A DNA stretch of 64,000 nucleotides from Alphaproteobacteria bacterium (lineage in GTDB: Bacteria > Pseudomonadota > Alphaproteobacteria > RF32 > CAG-239): the NCBI GenBank assembly GCA_017465405.1, contig JAFTWG010000001.1, positions 126,261-190,260 on the forward strand. Direction: 5' to 3'. The notes beneath the pieces are model-generated. The model ran no database searches and was not told the origin of the DNA. It was given only the letters and a program-made list of their open reading frames with translations. This document shows, in pieces, positions 40,541-50,744 of this stretch (positions within the stretch are counted from its first letter, which is position 1; each line of letters begins with the position of its first letter). The position numbers were made by a program, and so were the translations under genes.

Positions 40541-41782
40541 TTAGCTCAAGTCTTTTCGGGTTCCATCCATATTAATTAACGTCTTTACTCCGTCAGCAAC
40601 TAACACATCCAGTTGTTTACCGAATTTCTTAGAACGTTTTAGCATAGTTACGATTTTACCTTCTTTCTGCAACTCTTTAGCTGTTTTTACTACATCTGCA
40701 AAAGACACATTGTCATCATAAGCCAAAACAACTTTTTCATTCATAAGTGGAACAAAACCTTCTTCTTGCAGAATGGCAGAAATTCGTTCAAATCCGATAG
40801 AAAAACCAACCGCCGGAACAGATTCTCCCAAAAACTTGCCAATCATACCGTCATAACGACCACCGCCGGCAACTGAAGAGCCAAATTTAGGGCTGACAAT
40901 TTCAAAAACCATACCGGTATAATATCCCATTCCTCTAACCAAAGACTTGTCATATACCGCTGTATATTTTCCGTCAGATACGGAATTGGCGAAATCTAAA
41001 ACTTTTTTAAGATTTTCAACCACATCTTTATTAGAACAATATTTTTCCGCAGCCGATAAAGCATTTTCATCTGCTACGCTCAAAATATCTATAAATTTCG
41101 CAACCACCTCAGAAGAATATTCTTTTTCCAAAAGCTCGTTTTTAACCCCGTCCAAACCTATTTTATCAAGTTTGTCAAAACTGATGCAAACAGAAGAAAC
41201 ATCATCAGCATTAAATCCTGCCGATAAAATCATATCAGTTAAAATGCGTCTATCATTGATTCTGACCGTAAAATCGCTAAAACCAATATCTTGCAGAGCA
41301 GAAGTAGTAGCTGCAATCAATTCCATTTCCGCATTTATACTTGCATCGCCGATTATATCAATATCGCATTGATAAAATTCACGCAACCGACCTTTTTGAG
41401 GTCTTTCAGCGCGAAATACCTTATCAATTTGCAAAGCCTTAAAGGGGGATGAAAGAAGATGTCTGTTGTTTGCATAATAACGAGATAAAGGCATTGTTAA
41501 GTCATAGCGGAGACCACTATCAACCAAATCATTTTCGGTTAAATTTTCTTGAGATAAATCCAATTTTTGTCCGCGTTTAAGCAATTTGAATATCATTGCT
41601 AAATTTTCGCCACCGTCACTTTGATTTAATCTGTCAATATCTTCCATAATCGGAGTATTAATCTTATTAAATCCGTAGCTCTTATATGAATTTTCAATTT
41701 TAGAACGCAAATAATCTCTGATTTCCACCTCTTTGGGCAAAAAATCTTTTGTGCCGCGAACCGGCAATGTGCTCATTTTCAT
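40541..41782 (-). CDS. hisS: histidine--tRNA ligase
   Basis: Class II aaRS motifs 'GTKDFLP', 'FRAERPQKGRLREFYQCD' and 'GGGRYDGM'. Start 'MKMSTLPVRG' is at 41782; the track starts at 41830. Confidence 0.9.
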   Translation of the reverse strand: MKMSTLPVRGTKDFLPKEVEIRDYLRSKIENSYKSYGFNKINTPIMEDIDRLNQSDGGENLAMIFKLLKRGQKLDLSQENLTENDLVDSGLRYDLTMPLSRYYANNRHLLSSPFKALQIDKVFRAERPQKGRLREFYQCDIDIIGDASINAEMELIAATTSALQDIGFSDFTVRINDRRILTDMILSAGFNADDVSSVCISFDKLDKIGLDGVKNELLEKEYSSEVVAKFIDILSVADENALSAAEKYCSNKDVVENLKKVLDFANSVSDGKYTAVYDKSLVRGMGYYTGMVFEIVSPKFGSSVAGGGRYDGMIGKFLGESVPAVGFSIGFERISAILQEEGFVPLMNEKVVLAYDDNVSFADVVKTAKELQKEGKIVTMLKRSKKFGKQLDVLVADGVKTLINMDGTRKDLS

Positions 41783-41910
41783 CTTTCTTTCCCTTATTTT
41801 ATACAAACAACAGCAACTTTTATAAAACACAAATAAACATAAATCAATTTTTTTATTATAACTTTCTTTAAGATAATCTTACTGATTTTATTTATACAAT
41901 AAAAAAAAGG

Positions 41911-41938
41911 CCCTAAAGGACCTTTTTTAGAAAACTGC
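41911..41938. terminator. hairpin 'aaaaaaaaggccctaaaggacctttttt'
   Basis: Inverted repeat with A/T flanks. Confidence 0.5.
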
Positions 41939-41944
41939 TTTCAA

Positions 41945-42415
41945 TCAGATAATCACTTTCTGAGGTGCTGCCGCTTTGAGAACAAAGTGCAAATACACGT
42001 CAGAACGTTCCACACCATCATCACACTTCACACCGTTATCCCAACAGTATCGGGCATCAATCCGTCCATGCCAATCAGTATATACCGATGATGTTTTGGC
42101 TTGCTCAATCTCAAAATCGAACTGCCTGCTGCAAGAGTTAAACTCGGCAATTTCATCTGCCGCAACCAAACGAGCCCATAAACAGTTTGGATTTTTCTCA
42201 CGAAATTCCGCCACATAGGCATACGCTTCTTCCAAAGTCAGATTTTTTGCGAACGGAACTGCCGACATATAGACATTAACCTCCTCAACCGCAAAAATCC
42301 CCTTAGAACAATCGTGAAAACGATCTGTCTTTAGCCAAGCTACAAAACGTTTGCTTTTAACATCTGCATCTGCGAGATGAAAAAAATCTTCGTTCAGAAA
42401 TTTAATTTTTTCCAT
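41945..42415 (-). CDS. hypothetical protein (156 aa), markedly higher GC than surroundings
   Basis: ORF with about 45% GC by eye against a ~30% background. Confidence 0.4.
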   Translation of the reverse strand: MEKIKFLNEDFFHLADADVKSKRFVAWLKTDRFHDCSKGIFAVEEVNVYMSAVPFAKNLTLEEAYAYVAEFREKNPNCLWARLVAADEIAEFNSCSRQFDFEIEQAKTSSVYTDWHGRIDARYCWDNGVKCDDGVERSDVYLHFVLKAAAPQKVII

Positions 42416-42570
42416 AGTTTTGGTTTTGATTTAATTTAATAAAAATATCTTTTCATAAACTAAACATTATCATAGATTTCTTTGATAATCAACCGCCTTT
42501 TTCGATTAACATACAACAAAAACAAGCCCAATCCTAATGATTGAGCTTGTTGCATGGCAATATCAAAATA

Positions 42571-43155
42571 TTATTCTCCTTGATCACCTTTTCCAAAAAA
42601 TTTAGCAAGTCTTGATGATATGTTACTGCTTTGTGCATCTTGTTTTTTATACTTTGCAACAGTATTTTTAGCATCCATGGGAATACCATTTTCTTTTCTA
42701 TTGTGTTCTACAGTCATAACTCTAGACTTTTCAATATCACGTATTTTTCCGTCTTTTGTAATTGCACCGCTTTTCACATCTTCAAAATATCTAAAAGTTA
42801 TATCAGCTACTAAATAAGGATTGACATCATCTCCCATCGCTAAATCATATCGCTCATGAGCCTTTTTCATATCCTCTCTTGAAATTTCTGTTACATCAGT
42901 TGGTAATTTTCTTATAAGATGTGCAGCTGCTAATGTTGATAATACCAGTTCAGGAGAATCAGAAAACTTCTCAGGATTAACTTCTTTGAGAGCTTCCATT
43001 CTAACCTTTAGAATTTCTGGTATTGCTTCTACCTCATCTGGCCATTTAGAAACTGTTTTTGACAATTCAGATTTACGTCTTTGATACATTCTTTCCATAA
43101 GCTCAGATACTTTATCTACATTTTCTTCAGTTACTCTTATGCCTTCCCATCCCAT
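42571..43155 (-). CDS. hypothetical protein (194 aa)
   Basis: ORF only. Confidence 0.35.
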   Translation of the reverse strand: MGWEGIRVTEENVDKVSELMERMYQRRKSELSKTVSKWPDEVEAIPEILKVRMEALKEVNPEKFSDSPELVLSTLAAAHLIRKLPTDVTEISREDMKKAHERYDLAMGDDVNPYLVADITFRYFEDVKSGAITKDGKIRDIEKSRVMTVEHNRKENGIPMDAKNTVAKYKKQDAQSSNISSRLAKFFGKGDQGE

Positions 43156-43386
43156 TTTATTCTCTCCCCTAATAAATGATTTAACTAGCAGTTATAATAT
43201 CACACTTTATAAAAAAAACAACGCCATTATGACAAAATCATTGTTAAAATTTTTGTCCAGATAAATAAGCAAACAAATCTTTAAAGTCTTTTTATCAATA
43301 AACAAAAAAACTCTTTACTTTAGACAAAATTTATAGTATTAGTGTAACTAATAACTAAATTATTAACATCTATTAAATTTAAAGAA

Positions 43387-44136
43387 ATGGAACAGAAAAT
43401 CGTTAATTTTGTGGTTTCCCATAGTGAAATCAGTGCAGAAGATTTTGAAAAAATGACTTGGGCAGAACAAGTTGACTACATCTTACTGCATCTTGCAGGT
43501 GGTAGCAATCGTTGGTGCATCAACAAAAACTTCATGAGTTTCATGGCTCAATGTGGTAAGGAATGCATTAAGATGGATAGACAGACAGGACAAAAACTTG
43601 CTCCTACACTATTTGTTATCGCTATGCAACGACTTTCAAAGGGTGCGGTACTGCACGATGTGGTAAACTTTAAGGAACAGTTATCAAACAGATTTTGGCT
43701 ATATTCGTCGGCTCATGATGACTATCATATCATGACGCCTGATTGTCTAGAATTTATCTACAACGGCCTTATGGTTGCTGCACAACTTGAACCTACTAGA
43801 GATTATGCTCTAAAAATCGCTTGGGGGCTCACTGAACATCTTGACGAAAACGGCAATTGCCTCAATGGTTTTGACTTGTACTGCGAAAATTCAGCAGAAG
43901 AAGGGAAAAAATTATATGCTAAGGCTATTGAAATCATCGAAAAAACTGCATCCGCAGAGGATATCTTTTCTCGATATTCAAAACCGGGACAGTGGCAAAA
44001 GCACAAGCTGTGGCTGAAAAACTATCTCATGGAAAACAATCGCTGGAACGACTTTTTCAAAAAGATAGACGTTTCTACGAGTTTGTTTAATTTTCGCAAA
44101 CGTATGCAAATAATCCGAGAGATTAAATGTGCATAA
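43387..44136 (+). CDS. hypothetical protein (249 aa)
   Basis: ORF with about 40% GC, followed by a strong terminator. Confidence 0.4.
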   Translation: MEQKIVNFVVSHSEISAEDFEKMTWAEQVDYILLHLAGGSNRWCINKNFMSFMAQCGKECIKMDRQTGQKLAPTLFVIAMQRLSKGAVLHDVVNFKEQLSNRFWLYSSAHDDYHIMTPDCLEFIYNGLMVAAQLEPTRDYALKIAWGLTEHLDENGNCLNGFDLYCENSAEEGKKLYAKAIEIIEKTASAEDIFSRYSKPGQWQKHKLWLKNYLMENNRWNDFFKKIDVSTSLFNFRKRMQIIREIKCA

Positions 44137-44160
44137 AGTAGCACAATGATTTAAACAATA

Positions 44161-44190
44161 AAAAAAGACCGCTTTCAACGGTCTTTTTTT
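44161..44190 (+). terminator. rho-independent terminator 'aaaaaagaccgctttcaacggtcttttttt'
   Basis: Perfect stem plus a T7 run. Confidence 0.7.
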
Positions 44191-44211
44191 ATTGGCAGGG
44201 GCAGTAAGATT
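44184..44211. repeat. direct repeat copy 1: duplicated tRNA-Trp 3' end plus downstream flank (att-like)
   Basis: 'tttttttattggcaggggcagtaagatt' matches 44369-44395 at every base except a single extra T in the T-run. Confidence 0.7.
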
Positions 44212-44348
44212 GACTTGATTTATAAAAATCTGCGTCGCACTGGCGCTCATTGGCTTTTGCCAACCGCGATACCCGGTATCGCTTTCGCTTGTAGTCAAAC
44301 TCACTTTCTCGTGAGTTCGAACCATAACTTTCCCTATTGCCAACAAAA

Positions 44349-44376
44349 AAACCACCTAAAAAGGTGGCTTTTTTAT
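44349..44376. terminator. hairpin 'aaaaaaaccacctaaaaaggtggctttttt' immediately 3' of tRNA-Trp
   Basis: Inverted repeat that could terminate in either direction. Confidence 0.55.
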
Positions 44377-44395
44377 TGGCAGGGGCAGTAAGATT
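44369..44395. repeat. direct repeat copy 2 (part of tRNA-Trp 3' end)
   Basis: See copy 1. Confidence 0.7.
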
Positions 44396-44452
44396 CGAAC
44401 TCACGACACTCGGTTTTGGAGACCGATGCTCTACCAACTGAGCTATACCCCT
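44377..44452 (-). tRNA. tRNA-Trp (CCA)
   Basis: Reverse complement 'AGGGGTATAGCTCAGTTGGTAGAGCATCGGTCTCCAAAACCGAGTGTCGTGAGTTCGAATCTTACTGCCCCTGCCA'. Anticodon stem tcggt/accga with loop ctCCAaa, T-loop TTCGAAT, and an encoded CCA. Confidence 0.85.
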
Positions 44453-44523
44453 ATTGCATCTTGCGTAAATGTTAATACACAATATTAATCAATAAATCAA
44501 GAGTTTTTTTATTTTATTTTATT

Positions 44524-45630
44524 TTAATTTCCCTCGATATGCAACAACAACGATGCTGATATCATTGTAATTATCAATGTCGGCGCCCATACTGCTAATG
44601 TCATCGGAATATAATTATTGATACCGAAAGCATAAATAACCTGTGACAGAAAATAAACAATAAATCCGGTCGAAATTCCGCCAACAATCATAAACATAAC
44701 ACCGCCTCTTCGGGTATTTCCGCGCAAAGCAAAAACAGCTGCCACCAATACCATCGCCATCAACAAAAAGGGTGATGCCCACAATGATAAATATCTCATT
44801 TTATGACGTACAACAGAAAAACCCGACTGCTCATAAAACTTTATTGTTTCCGGTAAATCCCAGAATGAAATAGCTTCCGGGTCAATAAAATTCTCCTTAA
44901 TTCTATCTATCGTTAATGTTGTTTTATAGTCATAATTACTCAATTTTTGAGTTGGTTTTCCGGCCTCAAAAATTTTTACTGACTTCATTTCCATCTGGTC
45001 GCCACGCAATTCTGCAGCATAAGCTTCTATTCGGCTCAACAATTTGGAATTTTCACTCAACTCAAGTACACTGACTTTTCGCAATAATAAAACATCATTT
45101 TCTTGACGAACGGATTTTGCCTCCAATACTCTGATAGTATTATCTTCTCCCGCCTCTCTAATCCACAGACCTTTATCAGAAAACAAAACGGCTTTGGGAT
45201 TTTTGGTTTTAAAACGATAGTTCATAGTTTCATGAACTTCGTACAAATATGAAGATATAGGATTAATAATGGCAATATTTATCATTCCGACAACAAAAAC
45301 CGCAAAAAGAACCGGTGCCAAAAATCCCCATATAGAAACTCCGGCCGCACGCATTATTACAAATTCGTTAGAGCGGCTAACTTTCCAAAATGTAACCATT
45401 GCAGCAATCATCATTACAAAAGGAAAAACCATTTCAAATGTTCTGGGCAGTTTTGAAAAAGACATTTTTAATATAAACATAAAATCAACATCAGGTCTTT
45501 CGGCAGTACGACGCAGTTGTTCAATAATCTCAAACATTAAAATTACACCGACAATCATCAGCAATACAGCAATAAAACTCAAAATAAGCTGACGTGTTAA
45601 ATATCTGCCTAAAATAGATGTAGGATTCAT
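44524..45630 (-). CDS. LPS export ABC permease, LptF/LptG (YjgP/YjgQ) family
   Basis: N-terminal 'ILGRYLTRQLILSFIAVLLMIVGVILMFEIIEQL' is typical; 6 TM helices with a periplasmic loop. Confidence 0.7.
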   Translation of the reverse strand: MNPTSILGRYLTRQLILSFIAVLLMIVGVILMFEIIEQLRRTAERPDVDFMFILKMSFSKLPRTFEMVFPFVMMIAAMVTFWKVSRSNEFVIMRAAGVSIWGFLAPVLFAVFVVGMINIAIINPISSYLYEVHETMNYRFKTKNPKAVLFSDKGLWIREAGEDNTIRVLEAKSVRQENDVLLLRKVSVLELSENSKLLSRIEAYAAELRGDQMEMKSVKIFEAGKPTQKLSNYDYKTTLTIDRIKENFIDPEAISFWDLPETIKFYEQSGFSVVRHKMRYLSLWASPFLLMAMVLVAAVFALRGNTRRGGVMFMIVGGISTGFIVYFLSQVIYAFGINNYIPMTLAVWAPTLIITMISASLLLHIEGN

Positions 45631-45691
45631 ATTAAAAACCTCTGTTAATCTCGGCTACAACATATAAAAAAATATCTTTTTTTGCAAGCAA

Positions 45692-46360
45692 TCATTTTTT
45701 ATCTTTTGCTTCTTCAATGAGTTCATTTACAAACTTTTGCAAACCATCTTGTTGACGAACTCTTTTCATTCTTTCACCGGAAATGATACGACGAATTTTT
45801 TCAACCGTATCCTCAAGTTCGGCATTAACCACAACATAGTCAAACTCATCCCAGTGAACAATTTTATCAACTACCAAATTCATACGTTTTTCTATGACTT
45901 CTGTACTATCCGTTCCTCTATTTTCCAATCGTTCACGAACTTCCTTAATTGAAGGAGGCAACAAATAAATGGTAACCACATCTTTAGGTGCTCTTTGACG
46001 CATTTGACGAGCACCTTCCCAATCTATATCAAAGACCACGTCTTCGCCAACGTTCAGAAAGCTGTCAACTTCAGAACGAAGTGTTCCGTAACGATTTCCA
46101 TATTGCGAATCAACAAATTCATAAAAAGCATCTTCTTCAATATATTTGTTATATTGTTCATCACTGACAAAATAATAATCAACTCCGTCAACTTCATTAT
46201 GACGGGGAGGACGTGTTGTTACCGAAACCGAAAATTTCAGTTTATCATCTCTTTTGAGAAGTTCTTTTATAACTGTTCCTTTACCGGTACCGGAAGGTGC
46301 ATCAATCAAAAACATTGCACCTTTACGAACTTTTCGCAAATAATTGATAATATCTTCCAT
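45692..46360 (-). CDS. gmk: guanylate kinase
   Basis: 'APSGTGKGT' P-loop and 'SVSVTTRPPRHNEVDGVDYYFV'. Start may be the internal Met at 46315. Confidence 0.85.
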   Translation of the reverse strand: MEDIINYLRKVRKGAMFLIDAPSGTGKGTVIKELLKRDDKLKFSVSVTTRPPRHNEVDGVDYYFVSDEQYNKYIEEDAFYEFVDSQYGNRYGTLRSEVDSFLNVGEDVVFDIDWEGARQMRQRAPKDVVTIYLLPPSIKEVRERLENRGTDSTEVIEKRMNLVVDKIVHWDEFDYVVVNAELEDTVEKIRRIISGERMKRVRQQDGLQKFVNELIEEAKDKK

Positions 46361-46363
46361 TTT

Positions 46364-47248
46364 CTACTCCATATTTTGTACTTGTTCACGTAATTGTTCT
46401 ATTGTAGCTTTTAATTCCATACCACAATTTATAATTTGCACATCTGCCGCTTTTGAACAGGTTGTGTTTGCTTCTCGATTAAATTCCTGACACAAAAAAT
46501 CCATTCTGCGTCCTACACTTTGCCCGCTGTTTAAAAGTTGCTCCGCCGTTTTTAAATGCGCACGTAAACGGTCAATTTCTTCTCTTATATCCGCCTTATT
46601 AACCAAAAAAACAATTTCTTGAGCTAAGCGTTCTTCTGTAATGTTAATGTCATTCCCTAAAAATTCGGAAATTTGTTGTTTTAATTTTTCCGCAATAGTT
46701 GTCGGAACTTTTTCTGCTTTTTCAACAATTTGTTCTACAATATCAGATATTTTTTTCAATAATCCGCCTAAAACTTCCGCTATTTTTTCACCTTCTTTTT
46801 GACGGTCATTTTGCAATCCGATACAACATTTTTCAAAATCAGCGAGCAAAACTTTTTTCAATTCATCTATAAGCTCATCATCATAAGTTTTACGTTCAAT
46901 TTCCACAACCCCGTTTATATTCAATAATTCCCCGGCCGTAGGCATATTAACCTTACCGGATTGTGCTAAATTCAGAGCTGTTTCAGACAGCAAATTTAGT
47001 AGTTCTTCATTAATTTTTACTTTTGGTGTTTCAGCATCGGCACTAATGTCCAGATTTACATTTATTGTTCCTCTTTCAAAATATTTTTGTGCCACAGACT
47101 TCAGCTCCAAACTCATCACATCTAGCCACGACGGCAATCTTACTTTAAAGTCAAGATTTTTACCGTTAACACTTTTCATTTCAAAAGCCCAATCAAACAA
47201 CGTATCACGAACTTGACATCTGCCGCTTGAACGTGAAAAACCGGTCAT
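46364..47248 (-). CDS. yicC: YicC family stress-induced protein (UPF0701)
   Basis: 'MTGFSRSSG...WAFEMKSVNGKNLDFKVRLP' at the N-terminus, plus the conserved yicC-gmk pairing. Confidence 0.75.
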   Translation of the reverse strand: MTGFSRSSGRCQVRDTLFDWAFEMKSVNGKNLDFKVRLPSWLDVMSLELKSVAQKYFERGTINVNLDISADAETPKVKINEELLNLLSETALNLAQSGKVNMPTAGELLNINGVVEIERKTYDDELIDELKKVLLADFEKCCIGLQNDRQKEGEKIAEVLGGLLKKISDIVEQIVEKAEKVPTTIAEKLKQQISEFLGNDINITEERLAQEIVFLVNKADIREEIDRLRAHLKTAEQLLNSGQSVGRRMDFLCQEFNREANTTCSKAADVQIINCGMELKATIEQLREQVQNME

Positions 47249-47335
47249 ACTGGATATTTTCAAAAAAATTCTCCTCAAATTGTTTTTTTCGTTTATTATA
47301 AATATAAAATATTAACAATCAATGGATAAAAAAAT

Positions 47336-48100
47336 ATGGCAACAAAATTTAAGAATATCGTTATCACCGGTGCTTCATCAGGTATAGGTGAAGCTCTAAC
47401 CGAATATTACGCTCAAAAAGGAGCTGAAAATATTTTTATTTGCGGACGTAATGTTGAAAGACTGGAAAAGGTAGCTGACATAAGCCGAAAATATAAATGT
47501 AATATATACAGTAAAATTATTGATGTTACCGATTCTGAACAACTGAAATCATGGATTGAAGAAGCAAATCAAATTGCTCCGCTAAATCTAGTGGTAGCTA
47601 ATGCCGGTGTTGCAACTTTAGAAGAAACTCCCGAAAATATATATAATACGTTTAATATAAACGTATTGGGAGTACTGCATACGATTTTACCGGCTTTGGA
47701 TATTTTCAAAAAAAGAGAAAATAAAAAAGCTTGCGCTATTGCAATTATGAGTTCAATAGCTGGTTATCACGGTCTTGCAGCTTGTCCGTCATATAGTGCC
47801 AGCAAAGCATGTGTCAAAGCCTATGGTGAAGCTTTGCGAGCATCTTTAAGAGGTAGCAGTATTCAAGTAAATGTTATCTGTCCCGGATTTGTAAAATCTC
47901 GTATTACCGACAAAAACACTTGTCCGATGCCGTTTTTCATGTCTGCGGAAAAAGCAGCACAAATTATCGGAAGCAGAATTGAACGCAACGTCGGGCTAAT
48001 CGCTTTTCCGTGGCAAATGCGTTTGGCAACTTGGGCTGTATCAATTTTACCGAATTGGATAAGCAATTATATTTATTCAAAACTTCCGCACAAAGTATAA
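47336..48100 (+). CDS. short-chain dehydrogenase/reductase (SDR)
   Basis: 'ITGASSGIGEA' cofactor motif and 'YSASKACVKAY' catalytic YxxxK. Confidence 0.75.
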   Translation: MATKFKNIVITGASSGIGEALTEYYAQKGAENIFICGRNVERLEKVADISRKYKCNIYSKIIDVTDSEQLKSWIEEANQIAPLNLVVANAGVATLEETPENIYNTFNINVLGVLHTILPALDIFKKRENKKACAIAIMSSIAGYHGLAACPSYSASKACVKAYGEALRASLRGSSIQVNVICPGFVKSRITDKNTCPMPFFMSAEKAAQIIGSRIERNVGLIAFPWQMRLATWAVSILPNWISNYIYSKLPHKV

Positions 48101-48105
48101 CAAAA

Positions 48106-48134
48106 AAATCGCTCTGAAATCAGAGCGATTTTTT
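48106..48134 (+). terminator. terminator 'aaaaatcgctctgaaatcagagcgatttttt'
   Basis: Stem-loop plus T-run after the SDR gene. Confidence 0.6.
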
Positions 48135-48155
48135 ATAAATGCAACTCAAAAAATA

Positions 48156-48884
48156 CTATTTTGCTGCATCAATTTTTGCTTGAATTTCAGCAGAGAACGG
48201 TTGAACAATTTCACCATTCAAAATCAAAGTCGGAACACCGCCTACTTCAATATTTTGAGCCAATTCGTTGTTAGCAGCGAAAGCAGCTTCAACCTTTTCA
48301 GATTTCATATCTTCTTTCATTTTGTTAACATCGATACCGGCTTTTTCTGCCAATTCATTAACCAATTCTTCGCTCAAAGATTTTTGAACTGTGAACAATG
48401 CTGTATGCAATTCTGTAAATTTGCCTTGTTCATTAGCAGCCAAAACTGCTTTCGCAGCATATTCAGAGTGCGGAGAAACGAAAGCTAATGGTCTCAATAC
48501 CAATTTTACATCAGTATTTTTAGCCAAAACTTGATTCAACTCTGGGAACAATCTGTGGCAGTATCCGCAAGCATAATCAAAAAATTCAACAATTACAACT
48601 TCAGCATCAGCACTACCTTGGAAAGGAGCATTGTCAGCTTTCAAAGCTTCTTCATGTTCTTTAATTTTAGCTTTTAAATTAGCTTCTGCTTCTTCTCTGG
48701 CTTTAATTTCATAGGCTTGCAAAGCATTGATTACATATTCCGGATGGTCTTTCAAAATTTGTTCAACATTAACCGGAGCATTGTTTTGTTCAGCAGCTTT
48801 TTTAGCACATGGCAAATAGTCTTTAACCAAAGCAGCAACAGCAACCAACAAAGCGATAATTGAAATAACAAGTGATTTTTTCAT
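48156..48884 (-). CDS. periplasmic thiol:disulfide interchange protein, DsbA family
   Basis: Signal peptide and 'EFFDYACGYCHRLFPEL' CxxC in a DsbA-like context. Confidence 0.7.
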   Translation of the reverse strand: MKKSLVISIIALLVAVAALVKDYLPCAKKAAEQNNAPVNVEQILKDHPEYVINALQAYEIKAREEAEANLKAKIKEHEEALKADNAPFQGSADAEVVIVEFFDYACGYCHRLFPELNQVLAKNTDVKLVLRPLAFVSPHSEYAAKAVLAANEQGKFTELHTALFTVQKSLSEELVNELAEKAGIDVNKMKEDMKSEKVEAAFAANNELAQNIEVGGVPTLILNGEIVQPFSAEIQAKIDAAK

Positions 48885-49035
48885 TATTTAATCCTCAAAT
48901 TATAAATCATAAAACACTGTTAATCTAAACAATATCTGTTAATATTACAAGAATAAAAAAATATTTATTCCAAAAATCTAATCTTTTTTAACTTTTAAGA
49001 ATTATTATATAGCGATAAATAATGGAGGATTATAC

Positions 49036-49695
49036 ATGTTTAAGCTAAAAATTTCACTTTTTTCAAAAACCAAATCACTGGAAGCAAAAATAGATAGTTT
49101 TCATGACAAGATTATCGATTCTGCTACTATTTTTCGCAAAGCTGTAAACACATTTTTTTCAAGTGATGATTTTGATGATTTGAAAAAAGTCAGTAAACAG
49201 ATAAAAAAAGTTGAACATCAGGCAGATGATTTACGCCGTGAAATTGAAAATCAATTATATGCTCAAAATTTGTTGCCTAACCTCCAAGCTGATATATTAA
49301 AATTGGTTGAAAGCCTTGATGAAATAAACAATCACTTCGATAAAGTTGTATATAAATTTTATATTGAACGACCGGAAATTCCTGAAAATTTAAAGAGAAA
49401 TATTATAAAATTGTGCAATCAAGTTGCTGATAGCGGCGAATATATGGGAATTGCTTCTCGCGCATTTTTTAAAGACTTGAGTGCAGTCAGAGACTACACT
49501 CACAAGGTTTATCTGATGGAACAAGAATCTGATGAAACTTATAACACCATAAAAAAAGCTATTTTCAAATCAGACTTACCTTTAGCAAACAAATTACAAC
49601 TCGATTCTTTTATTAATCGCATTACCGAAATTGCGGATATTGCAGAAGATTGTGCCGATGAATTACTGATTTTCACCCTTAAGAGAGATATTTAA
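49036..49695 (+). CDS. DUF47/PhoU-like phosphate transport regulator (Pit accessory protein)
   Basis: Helical protein immediately upstream of the Pit transporter, overlapping it by 1 nt. Confidence 0.6.
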   Translation: MFKLKISLFSKTKSLEAKIDSFHDKIIDSATIFRKAVNTFFSSDDFDDLKKVSKQIKKVEHQADDLRREIENQLYAQNLLPNLQADILKLVESLDEINNHFDKVVYKFYIERPEIPENLKRNIIKLCNQVADSGEYMGIASRAFFKDLSAVRDYTHKVYLMEQESDETYNTIKKAIFKSDLPLANKLQLDSFINRITEIADIAEDCADELLIFTLKRDI

Positions 49696-50744
49696 TGTTA
49701 AGTTTTTTAGTTTTTTTGAGTAGCGGTCTTTTTTTAGGATGGTCATTAGGAGCTAATGACGGAGCCAATCTTTTTGGTACGGCAGTCGGAACCAAAATGG
49801 TAAAGTTTAGAACAGCTGCGATAATTTCATCAATATTCGTAACTTTAGGAGCTGTTATTGCCGGTAGCGGCACAACCGAAACAATCAACAAGCTCGGACA
49901 CATAAATGCTATTGCCGGCGCATTTATGGTAGTTTTTGCCGCAGCATTGACTATTTACTGGATGACAAAAGCTCGCATATCAGTATCAACTTCACAAGCC
50001 ATTGTAGGAGCCATCATAGGTTGGAATATATACAGCGCCAGACCGACCGATTATTCACTTTTAACAACTATTGCCGGTACTTGGATATTTTGCCCGATTC
50101 TTTCCGCAATATTTGCTATTATCTTATACTTTTTTACTAAAATAGTTCTTAAATGGTGTAAAATATCTCTCATCAGACAAGATTGTTATATCCGGATCGG
50201 CTTAATTTTAGCCGGAGCTTTCGCAGCCTATGCTTTGGGAGCTAATAACATAGCAAACGTTATGGGAGTTTTTACCGGCTCCAATATGTTAAATGCTCTA
50301 CCGTTACCATTCGGATTATCGCTTTCTCCGACACAGGTATTATTCTTAATTGGCGGTATTGCAATAAGTGTAGGTATTTTTACTTATTCAAAAGCGACGA
50401 TGAATGCCGTCGGTAGAGATATTATGCAAATGAGTCCGACTGCTGCTTGGATTGTCGTTGTTGCACAATCTTTGGTATTATTCGTTTTTGCTTCTCCGAA
50501 TTTACACAACTTTTTAATATCTCATAATCTTCCGGCAATTCCCTTGGTTCCTGTTTCAAGCTCTCAAGCAGTAATCGGAGCAGTTATGGGTATCGGATTA
50601 TTAAAAGGCGGAAACGGGATTAATTGGAAACTCATAGGCAGAATTATAATCGGTTGGGTTGCCACACCTGCAATCGCCACTCTGGTTTGCTATATTTCGT
50701 TGTTTGTTTTAGCAAATGTATTTAATCTGACCGTTTATAACTAA
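49695..50744 (+). CDS. inorganic phosphate transporter, PiT family
   Basis: Duplicated 'GANDGANLFGTAVGT' and 'GANNIANVMG' signature motifs. Confidence 0.8.
   Translation: MLSFLVFLSSGLFLGWSLGANDGANLFGTAVGTKMVKFRTAAIISSIFVTLGAVIAGSGTTETINKLGHINAIAGAFMVVFAAALTIYWMTKARISVSTSQAIVGAIIGWNIYSARPTDYSLLTTIAGTWIFCPILSAIFAIILYFFTKIVLKWCKISLIRQDCYIRIGLILAGAFAAYALGANNIANVMGVFTGSNMLNALPLPFGLSLSPTQVLFLIGGIAISVGIFTYSKATMNAVGRDIMQMSPTAAWIVVVAQSLVLFVFASPNLHNFLISHNLPAIPLVPVSSSQAVIGAVMGIGLLKGGNGINWKLIGRIIIGWVATPAIATLVCYISLFVLANVFNLTVYN

Noticed and set aside
44212-44368. Possible permuted two-piece tmRNA or extra tRNA between the two att-like repeats
   Set aside because: Only a degenerate T-arm-like fragment is present, with no acceptor stem or resume-codon/tag reading frame. 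It is more parsimonious as a decayed duplicate of the tRNA-Trp 3' end.
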